Below are positions 1 to 7,941 of a stretch of DNA of 32,000 nt, one piece after another; position 1 is the stretch's first letter; every line of letters starts with the position of its first letter. The notes beneath the pieces were generated by a model. That model was not told the DNA's origin, did not search any database, and was given only the letters and a program-made list of their open reading frames with translations. Source of the DNA: Chlamydiales bacterium (GTDB taxonomy: Bacteria > Chlamydiota > Chlamydiia > Chlamydiales > JAAKFR01); the NCBI GenBank assembly GCA_041395025.1, contig JAWLBH010000001.1, forward strand, positions 30,001 through 62,000, given 5' to 3'. Both the position numbers and the translations under genes were made by a program.

Positions 1-239
1 AAGGGAAGATACGCCCTGCTATGTTTAATAAACTCATGACCTCTTTGGTCAAGCTCACAGAAGAAGCAGAACAACGAGGGATTCATCCTATTTTAATTAC
101 TACGGTGACTACTCGTGCAAAACTCAAAAAAATCATAGAAAATAAATTTCCCCAGCTTCCTGTGTTATCTTACAAAGAAGTAGGACAAGATGTAGAAGTT
201 AAAGAAATTGGTCATCTATCACAAGAAGTTTTAATTTGA
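1..239 (+). CDS. flhA: FlhA-type (flagellar-paralog) type III export gate protein, C-terminal fragment. The gene begins upstream of the window.
   Basis: The reading frame is open from nt 3 to the TGA at 237-239, so the CDS runs off the 5' edge. The tail ...RGIHPILITTVTTRAKLKKIIENKFPQLPVLSYKEV... parallels the C-terminus of the SctV encoded in this window (...[33 protein letters not shown]...). It is followed by flhF-like and sigma-28 genes, as in flagellar operons. In C. trachomatis flhA (CT060) sits next to sigma-28 (CT061). Confidence 0.75.
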   Translation, partial: GKIRPAMFNKLMTSLVKLTEEAEQRGIHPILITTVTTRAKLKKIIENKFPQLPVLSYKEVGQDVEVKEIGHLSQEVLI

Positions 240-1165
240 TGGAAAGAAAAAAAAATATTGCGGAAATTAAACGTTTAATCAAAGAAAAAAAAGATCTCTA
301 CCCTCTAGTCGGAAGATCAATTCCTTATCAAAAGAACACTGATAGTAAAAACCTATCTTTGTCTTACTTCTCTGGATTTAAGGATAGTAAGCCATATGTT
401 GAAAAAGAGTCGAGAGAGTCTATTTTAGCTTTAACTCATTTCTTACTTTCTAAAGGGATTTCTCAGAAGATTATCCAAAAAATTACCCTGCCATTTTTAG
501 GAAAAAGCTGGTCGATGGATGAGTTAAAGAATTCTCTTGTGAAGGAGATAGAGACTGTAGGGGATCTTGCTGTTCCTAATCGTCTTGCCCTTGTTGGGCC
601 AACTGGGGTAGGGAAAACAACAACCATCATGAAACTAGCAAAGTACTATAGCCATCGAGATAAAACTGTGGCGATTGTAGAATTAAATAAAAAAGCTCAC
701 TATTCCCAGCTTAAGCATTATAGTGATCAAGAAGGAATTGCCTATTATCAGTCGCTAAACAAGGTTGAGGGAGATCTCATTTTAATCGACACTGAAGGGT
801 GTAATTTTTACCAATCTAATCAAATTGATAATCTTGGAGAGCAACTCTCATCTTTTCGCCCTGTTGAGATTCTTCTTACTTTAAGTGCAGCTACTAAAGA
901 AGTTGACTTATATGGAGCAATTCACCAATTTTCTCCTTTATGCCCAAATAGTCTGATTTTTACTAAGCTTGATGAGACTCTTACGAGTGGGATATTGATC
1001 AATATCGCATCTAAAACAGATCTTCCAATTCGTTATATTACATCTGATTTTCCTCTACCAGGTAAGGTAGAAATTGCGAATCCTTATAAGATTATTCACA
1101 AAATTCTGACTGAATTCAATAAAAAGGAATTTAATCAGATCAGATATTTATCATTGTATAATTAA
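236..1165 (+). CDS. flhF: FlhF-like SRP-family GTPase with divergent catalytic motifs
   Basis: P-loop [17 protein letters not shown] (G1), LILIDTEGC (G3-like) and IFTKLDE (the FlhF-type G4, TKxDE). About 120 aa precede the P-loop. The ORF track starts at TTG 236; ATG at 239 is the likelier start and shares one nt with the flhA stop. The position between flhA and fliA matches canonical flagellar operons. Confidence 0.8.
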   Translation: MMERKKNIAEIKRLIKEKKDLYPLVGRSIPYQKNTDSKNLSLSYFSGFKDSKPYVEKESRESILALTHFLLSKGISQKIIQKITLPFLGKSWSMDELKNSLVKEIETVGDLAVPNRLALVGPTGVGKTTTIMKLAKYYSHRDKTVAIVELNKKAHYSQLKHYSDQEGIAYYQSLNKVEGDLILIDTEGCNFYQSNQIDNLGEQLSSFRPVEILLTLSAATKEVDLYGAIHQFSPLCPNSLIFTKLDETLTSGILINIASKTDLPIRYITSDFPLPGKVEIANPYKIIHKILTEFNKKEFNQIRYLSLYN

Positions 1166-1217
1166 AAATAATTAATTAAACTATGAATAGGGTTTTTTAT
1201 ATTCTGGTGATTTTAAT

Positions 1218-1991
1218 TTGAATGAAATAAAAAACGATCACAATTTAATCAAGGATCTTTGGACACGCTATCAAGAGACCAGAGACACTGAATATCGTGA
1301 TGAATTGATTCTTCATTATCTTTATCTTGTTAAATATGTTGTAGGGCGTCTAGCTGCTGGATTACCTGCTCATATTAAGCTGGATGATCTTTATTCTTCT
1401 GGTGTGACTGGTTTAATTAGATCGATTGAAAAGTACGATCACTTACGAAATATTAAATTTGAAAGTTATGCCGGTTTACTGATTAAAGGGGCGATTATTG
1501 ATGAAATGCGCGAGCTTGACTGGATTCCTCGTAGTGTGCATCAAAAAGCCAATGAAATTTCAAAGGCCCAAGAAAAATTGCAACAGGAACTAGGTCGTAA
1601 TCCAAATGATGAAGAATTATCTTCAGTCATGGGCCTCAATAAAGAAGAGCTTGGAAACTTACTCAATCGGGTACGTCCCGCAGTGCTTATCTCATTAAAT
1701 CGCGAAGAAAGGGATGAAGAAGAAAATGCTCCTTTATCAGAGAGAATTCCTGATTCACGTGGACATACGAGTGTTGAAATAGCAGAACGCAATGAGTCTG
1801 CTTTAATATTAGCGAATGCGATTGAGGGTTTACCTAAACAGGAAAAACAGGTTTTAAATCTCTATTATTATGAGGAATTGATGCTTAAGGAAATTGGAAA
1901 GATTATGGGGATTAGTGAATCAAGAGTTTCTCAAATTCACACAAAGGCGCTTCTAAAGTTGCGTACTAGGCTCTGTCGTGCCAAGTTTTAG
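1218..1991 (+). CDS. fliA: RNA polymerase sigma-28 factor (FliA/WhiG family; called RpsD in chlamydial nomenclature)
   Basis: Region 2 reads ...LILHYLYLVKYVVGRL...GLIRSIEKYD...FESYAGLLIKGAIIDEMRELDWIPRS. The region 4.2 HTH reads LKEIGKIMGISESRVSQIHTKALLKLR. The start is TTG at 1218 (no in-frame ATG nearby), with GGTGA 7 nt upstream. Confidence 0.9.
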   Translation: MNEIKNDHNLIKDLWTRYQETRDTEYRDELILHYLYLVKYVVGRLAAGLPAHIKLDDLYSSGVTGLIRSIEKYDHLRNIKFESYAGLLIKGAIIDEMRELDWIPRSVHQKANEISKAQEKLQQELGRNPNDEELSSVMGLNKEELGNLLNRVRPAVLISLNREERDEEENAPLSERIPDSRGHTSVEIAERNESALILANAIEGLPKQEKQVLNLYYYEELMLKEIGKIMGISESRVSQIHTKALLKLRTRLCRAKF

Positions 1992-2017
1992 CTGGTCTTT
2001 TCATCAAACTCTTTGAA

Positions 2018-2794
2018 TTATTTAAATAAACATTGATCCGATCTCTCTAGGGAAATCGGATATCCCTTGTAGACATGAGGAGAATCAAATATTCGCCACT
2101 CTCCTTTTTTTTCTTCAATCTCTTTACCCAATCTCAGTAGGCGTATGGCTTTCCCTGAACTAGGGGCTTCTATAAAAAGATCCTCTTCAAGTTTTAGAAT
2201 AACATGAGAGATTCTTTTATCTCTTGCAAAATAGAGAGGATCGCCTGGTTGAAGATCATGGATTTGTTTTCCAAATAAAAACTGATCATGAGCATTTCTT
2301 GGAATCATCAAGCCTTGAGCTCGATAAAGCAGGTTGATGAGTCCAGAACAATCCACACTCGCTACTGGATTAGATAAATAGCTGGAACGCCCCCCCCATA
2401 AATATGGGGTATCTAAAAATAGATAGGCCTCTTCTATGAGTTGTTGGCGGTTTAAGTGTTTAGATAATTGACGTGTTTCCGGAAGAGGAGTTTCTAGGTA
2501 AGTCCCATAAGGGTAGATTCCTTCTGTTTGACAAACAACGAATTTTGGAGAAATCCTCCCTTCCCCAATGGCTTCTATTTTTACCCATCCTTCATAAGGT
2601 TTCCATTTTTTAGATATAAAAACATATTGTTCAAGCGCAGCTACGTATAACCAATTGTCTTGTTTTTTAAGAATTTTGACCTCTTCATTAAAAAGGAGTT
2701 GTGATGCACGCAAGAGATTTTGTCCAAAATTTCTTGGAATCACTGGAATCGGTTTTTGGTTTAAATCGGTAACAGGGATAATTGTTTTGGCCAT
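2018..2794 (-). CDS. NlpC/P60-family cell-wall peptidase with an N-terminal SH3b-like region (YkfC-like, gamma-D-Glu-mDAP type inferred)
   Basis: The C-terminal half carries the NlpC/P60 signature YLWGGRS...VDCSGLINLLYRAQG (catalytic Cys) ...GDPLYF...ISHVIL (His). The start overlaps the dapL 3' end by 34 nt. AAGGA lies about 11 nt upstream of the ATG. Confidence 0.85.
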   Translation of the reverse strand: MAKTIIPVTDLNQKPIPVIPRNFGQNLLRASQLLFNEEVKILKKQDNWLYVAALEQYVFISKKWKPYEGWVKIEAIGEGRISPKFVVCQTEGIYPYGTYLETPLPETRQLSKHLNRQQLIEEAYLFLDTPYLWGGRSSYLSNPVASVDCSGLINLLYRAQGLMIPRNAHDQFLFGKQIHDLQPGDPLYFARDKRISHVILKLEEDLFIEAPSSGKAIRLLRLGKEIEEKKGEWRIFDSPHVYKGYPISLERSDQCLFK

Positions 2795-3930
2795 TTTGTC
2801 TGAATCCTTTTAATGGCTTTTAAAATCAGTTCTCGATGACCAAAAGCACTAAAACGCAAAAAACCTTCTCCACATGATCCAAATCCTAATCCAGGAGTTG
2901 CTACTACTCTTGTCTCTTCTAGAAGCATCTGAAAGATCTCCCAGCTCTTATGATGTCCAAAATTCACCCATAAATAGGGCGCATGTTCTCCTCCGTAGAC
3001 TGTCAATCCTTTAAGTGCAATTGCTTGTTTAATGAGACGGGCATTTTCTAAATAATAATCACTTAATTTCTGAATTTCTTGAGGATAGTTAAGAGCAGCT
3101 AATCCACCAGCTTGAGCAATATTTGAAGCGCCGTTAAAAAATGTTGTCACAATACGTGAAAAATCTTTTTGTACAGACCCTCCATCACGATATTTTAGCT
3201 GGTAAGGTATCACACTCCAGCCAAGACGTACTCCTGTAAATCCAATGAATTTTGAGAATGAAGAGACTTCAATTGCGACTTGGTCAGCTCCTTCAATTTC
3301 ATAAATAGAACGAGGTAAAGAATGATCTCGGATAAACCCTGCATAGGCTGCATCAAATATGATAAAAGCATGATTTTCTTTTGCCTTTTGAATCCATTTT
3401 TTTAGTTTAGCAAAGGAGATAACAGAACCCGTTGGATTATTTGGACTACATAAATAAATGATATCCGCTTTGGGAAATGTATCTGGAAAAAAATGATTTT
3501 CTGGCAAGCAATCCATATATACAATCGATTGGTTTAAAAAAAGACCCGTATCTAAATAAACTGGATAGGTAGGATTTTGCACGGCAATTGTTGATCCGCT
3601 AAAAAGGATTTGAAGACGTCCAATATCACATTTCGCTCCATCAGAAATGAAAATTTCTTCTGCAGAAACCCTGTGTTGATAGATCACTTCAGAAATTTTT
3701 TCACGCAAAGCAAGATGCCCCTCAGATTCTCCATATCCCGTGTAACCCGATCGAGAACTCAATCGATTAGCTGCTTGTTCCATGGCGTGTGTAATCATAG
3801 ATGGGATAGGTTCTGAGGTATTTCCGATACTTAAATTAATTAAGTCATCTACATTCTGGGTATGGTGTCTCATCTGAGAGAAAAGATAGTTTTTTTTCAG
3901 AAGAGAGAAATTTTTATTGCGTTTAACCAA
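2761..3930 (-). CDS. dapL: LL-diaminopimelate aminotransferase (DapL, class I aminotransferase)
   Basis: The N-terminus NKNFSLLKKNYLFSQM... and the PLP-lysine region SSFSKFIGFTGVRLGWSV are typical of DapL as described in Chlamydia and plants. It lies inside the dap operon. Confidence 0.9.
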   Translation of the reverse strand: MVKRNKNFSLLKKNYLFSQMRHHTQNVDDLINLSIGNTSEPIPSMITHAMEQAANRLSSRSGYTGYGESEGHLALREKISEVIYQHRVSAEEIFISDGAKCDIGRLQILFSGSTIAVQNPTYPVYLDTGLFLNQSIVYMDCLPENHFFPDTFPKADIIYLCSPNNPTGSVISFAKLKKWIQKAKENHAFIIFDAAYAGFIRDHSLPRSIYEIEGADQVAIEVSSFSKFIGFTGVRLGWSVIPYQLKYRDGGSVQKDFSRIVTTFFNGASNIAQAGGLAALNYPQEIQKLSDYYLENARLIKQAIALKGLTVYGGEHAPYLWVNFGHHKSWEIFQMLLEETRVVATPGLGFGSCGEGFLRFSAFGHRELILKAIKRIQTKWPKQLSLLPI

Positions 3931-4867
3931 GATAGCCTGCCTCTTTCAAATATTCTGCAATTAAAATTCCATTTCCAGCTCCACCTCTAATCGCATTATG
4001 AGAAAGAGCTGTAAATCGCCAGTCTAAAAGAGGACAAGAGCGAAGACGTCCAATAGAAACACCCATCCCTTTTTCATAATCTCTATCAAGTTGAGGTTGA
4101 GGACGTTCAGGAGAATGATGGTAGACTATGGGAAATTTTGGTGCTGAAGGGAGGTGTAAAGAAGAGGGTTGGTGCCAAATAGACAGAATTTCATCGAAAG
4201 TAAGCTGTTTGTTAAAAGAAACTGAAACACAGACCATATGCCCATGAAAAATGGGAACTCGGTTACAATGGGCTGAAATAGGAAAGTCAGCTTCAAGAAT
4301 TTTTAAGGGTTCACTTTCAATTTTTTCTTCTTCTCCTTCTATATAAGGAAGAATATTATCATGAATCTTTGAAAAAGCAATTCCAGGATATCCTGTACCA
4401 CTAGTTGCTTGGAGTGTGGTCACTGCAAGAGAACGAATTTGAGCGATTTTATGCAAAGGCGCAAGAGGGAGAAGAAAAGACTGGATTGCGCAATTAGGTT
4501 TAGTAATCAAGTGATTTCCTTGAATATGATGGGGATTGATCTCAGGAATAATCATGGGGTGGGTTTTACGATGATATGAAGCACTTGAAATCACCCAAGA
4601 TCCTTGATTAGCTAATTGTTTTTCAATTTTTGCAGCTATTAAATCAGGAAGTGCAGAAAAGATAATAGGCAAGTGAGGGAAATCTTCTAGGCTAGAAACT
4701 GGGTAGTTTTTCATCATGAATTGAGATGGGTCGACTGATTTTTCATGAGATCTAGTCTTAGAAGTTGCTAAACATCCAATTTCAAACCATGGATGATCTT
4801 GAAGCATCGCAAGATAGTTTTGTCCAATTAATCCACTTGCTCCTAGTATCCCAACAGGTATTTTCAT
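3923..4867 (-). CDS. asd: Aspartate-semialdehyde dehydrogenase
   Basis: NAD(P)-binding N-terminus VGILGASGLIGQ, active-site KPNCAIQ, QATSGTG, and RVPIFHGHMVCVSV. It overlaps dapL by 8 nt and dapA by 4 nt. Confidence 0.9.
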   Translation of the reverse strand: MKIPVGILGASGLIGQNYLAMLQDHPWFEIGCLATSKTRSHEKSVDPSQFMMKNYPVSSLEDFPHLPIIFSALPDLIAAKIEKQLANQGSWVISSASYHRKTHPMIIPEINPHHIQGNHLITKPNCAIQSFLLPLAPLHKIAQIRSLAVTTLQATSGTGYPGIAFSKIHDNILPYIEGEEEKIESEPLKILEADFPISAHCNRVPIFHGHMVCVSVSFNKQLTFDEILSIWHQPSSLHLPSAPKFPIVYHHSPERPQPQLDRDYEKGMGVSIGRLRSCPLLDWRFTALSHNAIRGGAGNGILIAEYLKEAGYLG

Positions 4868-5730
4868 GATTGTATTTTGAAAAAAGGTTCGATAATCGAT
4901 TTTAATAAAGGTAAATAAGATTGATCAAGTGGAGTTAGGGGCAGGCGAGGTGGACCCGCTGGTAATCCAACCATCTCCATTGCTGCTTTAATTGGAATAG
5001 GATTTGTTTCGAAACTTAATGCTTTAAAAAGAGGAATGAGTTCATGATGCATCTTCTGAGCATGAAAAAAGTCCCCCTTTTTACAGGTATTTATTAGATC
5101 TTTTATGATTTTTGGCACAAGATTGCTTGCGACAGAAATGACTCCATCTCCTCCTAATGCCATGACTGGCAGACTCCATAAGTCATCGCCTGCATACACT
5201 TTAAATTCTGGGTGATCTTTTTTTAAAGAAATGATATCAGAAATCTGTGAAAGCTCTCCAGAAGCTTCTTTGATCCCAGTAATCCTAGGAAATTGTAATA
5301 ATCTTTTCAAAGTTGTTTCATTAAGATTAACGCCACTTCTTTTTGGAATATTATAGATAATAATCGGAAGAGGTGAATGCATCGCCAGAGTTTTAAAATG
5401 TTGAAATAACCCTTCCTGAGTAGGTCTGTTATAACAGGGAGTAATCACAAGAGCACTATGTGCCCCATAATCAGCTGCAACACCTAGATTGTCAATTGTT
5501 TGAGTTGTGCTAGAGAGGCCACATCCAGCCATAAATGGAAGAGCAGATCTTTTGGTTTGCAAAAACATTGCATGTTTTTCTTGCAATGAAAGCGTTAGTG
5601 TTTCACCAGTTGTCCCAAAAACCACCACTCCATCAACTGAAGCCTGAAGAGAGAGAATCTTTTCAAATCCTTCTTCATCTAGCTTGCCTTCCTTGTTAAA
5701 AGGTGTAATGAGTGCAGTATAACATGTCAT
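4864..5730 (-). CDS. dapA: 4-hydroxy-tetrahydrodipicolinate synthase
   Basis: TALITPF...VVVFGTTGE...ITPCYNRP...GIKEASG (Schiff-base Lys context), typical of the DapA/NAL family. Confidence 0.92.
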   Translation of the reverse strand: MTCYTALITPFNKEGKLDEEGFEKILSLQASVDGVVVFGTTGETLTLSLQEKHAMFLQTKRSALPFMAGCGLSSTTQTIDNLGVAADYGAHSALVITPCYNRPTQEGLFQHFKTLAMHSPLPIIIYNIPKRSGVNLNETTLKRLLQFPRITGIKEASGELSQISDIISLKKDHPEFKVYAGDDLWSLPVMALGGDGVISVASNLVPKIIKDLINTCKKGDFFHAQKMHHELIPLFKALSFETNPIPIKAAMEMVGLPAGPPRLPLTPLDQSYLPLLKSIIEPFFKIQS

Positions 5731-6325
5731 CTAGTGTTAACCATCCTATTTGATTATGAATCCATTCAGCTGCTTGAATCGCACCCAAAGCAAATCCATC
5801 TCGATTTTTTGCTTCATGTTTAATGGAAATAGTTTCAGAAGGAGAATCAAATAACACTTCATGTTGCCCTATGATAGAACCCAAACGGATGGTGGAAAAA
5901 GAAGAGAGCCCAAGATCCTTCGCAAGGATTTTAGCTGTTCCAGAAGGAGCATCTTTTTTCTCTTTATGATGCATTTCCAAACCAGCAATTTCATAATTAG
6001 GAAACAGACGACGTGCTTCGATCAGAAGCTTGCGAAATTGAGCCACTCCAATTGAAAAATTCGGTGCATAAAGAGCAGCATTTTTACTTTCTTGAACAAT
6101 TTTTTGTGCAGTAGGTATATCTTGCTCCCAACCAGTTGTTCCTATGACGATAGGCACTTTCTCTTTACACGCTTTTTTGACATGTTCAAGCACAGCGGTA
6201 GCTACAGAAAAATCAATACAGACATCTGCCTCTTTAAGAGAAGAGACCGTTTCATGGCCACGTATATTCGCAATACGTGCAATCGACTTTGCCATTTTTC
6301 CGGAGCCAAAACAGATAAATTTCAT
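5696..6325 (-). CDS. dapB: 4-hydroxy-tetrahydrodipicolinate reductase, unusually compact (209 aa)
   Basis: GSGKMAKS dinucleotide-fold start, VIGTTGW, APNFSIGV, and the diagnostic EMHHKEKKDAPSGTA motif. The 3' end overlaps dapA by 35 nt. Confidence 0.85.
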   Translation of the reverse strand: MKFICFGSGKMAKSIARIANIRGHETVSSLKEADVCIDFSVATAVLEHVKKACKEKVPIVIGTTGWEQDIPTAQKIVQESKNAALYAPNFSIGVAQFRKLLIEARRLFPNYEIAGLEMHHKEKKDAPSGTAKILAKDLGLSSFSTIRLGSIIGQHEVLFDSPSETISIKHEAKNRDGFALGAIQAAEWIHNQIGWLTLDDMLYCTHYTF

Positions 6326-6417
6326 AGGAAATCATGATATGAAAGTTGGCTTTTTTATGAAACTATTGATCAATTTTTTATCGATCATTTTTGAAATGCG
6401 TTTTCGATGAAAAGCTA

Positions 6418-7416
6418 TTAAGTCATCGATTTTTTAGCTCGATAAGCTAAAGTACGTGTACGGAACCACATTTTTTGGAGTTTATCTTTTTGCTCTTGTG
6501 TTAAGTCAAATAGAATAAGAAAACAGTCTTTATTTTTAGAAAACGCTGCTTTAGTCCAATTGGTTGAACCCTGTACTAAAATGTTTTCATCGATCCATAA
6601 GCATTTATGATGTAAAAGCTTTTGTCTTCTATTTACCCAGACAGAAATTCCTGATTCAATCAGTTTGTTTGTGGTCCTTTGTCCCACTCCATTTGCTTGG
6701 CTGTTATCAAGAATGACCTCCACTGCAACTCCGCGGTTATGGGCAGCAATTACCGCATCAGTGAGTTTGGAATGTGTCCAAGTATACATGGCAATACGAA
6801 TCGAATTTTTTGACTGATGAATTAAATCAATTAAATGATTTAAACCCGCTTTCCTATCTCGAGGTAAATGCCATAATTCACATTTTTGATCTCCAATATA
6901 AAAATAATAAGCAGAAAATTCTGAAAGAATAGATTTTGCAAGTTCTATGCTGTTAAATTTCATCACAAGATTATCATGAAGTCGTAAAGATTCTGTGGTA
7001 AAGTTTGCAGAACCAATCCAGACCTCTTTACCATCAAGCACGAGAATTTTTTGATGAGATAAGCCACTTATTTCTATGGGAATCAAATCTATAGATTTCA
7101 GTTTTCGATATCCAAACTGAGATGTTTTTGAATCATGTAGAACAGTGACTTTCACGCCTTTTTTTGCTTTGTGATTAAGAGCTCGAATAATCTTCTCATC
7201 GTTTAATGAATACATAATCAAATAGATTGATTCATTTGCTTTCTCAATCGCATTTAAATAAATTCTTCTCAAATCGTCATCACAAATATTTGCGTATAGC
7301 TCAATAGGTTTATTTGAAGTGGAAGGCTTTTCTGTTAAACAAAAAAATAGAAAAAAAATCCAGCAGGTAAAAAGGATACGTAAAGATCTTATGAGATTTT
7401 TAGAGATCTTTTTCAT
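6418..7416 (-). CDS. Phospholipase D / cardiolipin-synthase superfamily protein with an N-terminal membrane anchor or signal
   Basis: Two HKD motifs, SHQKILVLDGKEVWIGSANFT and HHKCLWIDENILVQGSTNWT. The N-terminus is hydrophobic (LRILFTCWIFFLFFCL). The ORF-track start at 7419 is TTG; the adjacent ATG (7416) is used here. The position upstream of ubiD-rpmB matches the CT084-like PLD. Confidence 0.85.
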   Translation of the reverse strand: MKKISKNLIRSLRILFTCWIFFLFFCLTEKPSTSNKPIELYANICDDDLRRIYLNAIEKANESIYLIMYSLNDEKIIRALNHKAKKGVKVTVLHDSKTSQFGYRKLKSIDLIPIEISGLSHQKILVLDGKEVWIGSANFTTESLRLHDNLVMKFNSIELAKSILSEFSAYYFYIGDQKCELWHLPRDRKAGLNHLIDLIHQSKNSIRIAMYTWTHSKLTDAVIAAHNRGVAVEVILDNSQANGVGQRTTNKLIESGISVWVNRRQKLLHHKCLWIDENILVQGSTNWTKAAFSKNKDCFLILFDLTQEQKDKLQKMWFRTRTLAYRAKKSMT

Positions 7417-7695
7417 CAAAGAATTAGGAAGAAATTTGCTGTTTTTTAAATAGAGATTATGATGAAAACACTAAATCTCTTTTGAAAAAGATATAGTTGA
7501 GGGAATAGGCAAGGAATTGCAAGTAAAAAACTCAGAAACTATAATCAAAATCTTCCCTATCAAAAAAAGGTGGATATCTAGCTTGTCTAGAAAAGATGAA
7601 TGATATAGAAAATGGTTTAAATTAGGCTTTTATGAAAAATCCTCGATGAATCATATTTAACGTGAAAATAAGCCATGGATTGTTGAGAACAGATT

Positions 7696-7941
7696 ATGAA
7701 ACTCATCAACATAAAAACTTCTCAGGCTTTGATTGAATTCAGAGACAAGCAAACGATTATCTATAATAAGTTTCTAGAACAAGAAATGAATAGAATTGGC
7801 ATTCCTATTCCCCATGGTTCTAGAAGTCTTTATCAAGGTAAGGATTACATTTATCTTGATGATCCTGATTTTCAAAAAGCTTTTAAAGAAATTTATTATT
7901 TAACCATCATGAATCCTCAACAATTTCACTGGATAGATTAA
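7696..7941 (+). CDS. Hypothetical small protein (81 aa), no recognisable family
   Basis: This is the only sizeable ORF in the 600-nt gap between the PLD gene and ubiD. It has an ATG start and a weak GAGA upstream. I recognise no motif. Coding status is uncertain. Confidence 0.35.
   Translation: MKLINIKTSQALIEFRDKQTIIYNKFLEQEMNRIGIPIPHGSRSLYQGKDYIYLDDPDFQKAFKEIYYLTIMNPQQFHWID

Noticed and set aside
2390-2397. A C8 homopolymer (G8 on the coding strand) inside the NlpC/P60 gene, considered as a slipped-strand phase-variation switch. There is also a G7 tract in ychF at 22551-22557.
   Set aside because: Both tracts are simply GGG-GGG codons for conserved Gly-Gly dipeptides (WGGRS in NlpC/P60, VGGR in YchF). 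A similar tract in a housekeeping gene (ychF) argues for coincidence. There is no evidence of frame variants. This can only be tested with population sequencing.
6326-6360. Apparent leaderless architecture: -10-like hexamers 8-9 nt upstream of ATGs that lack any SD. Examples are dapB (TATCAT then 8 nt then ATG) and sctU (TATAGT then 9 nt then ATG, at 22119-22135). The PLD gene also lacks an SD.
   Set aside because: The matching -35 elements are poor (TTTCAT at dapB; nothing convincing at sctU). A/T-rich hexamers resembling TATAAT are abundant in this DNA. This cannot be supported without TSS mapping.
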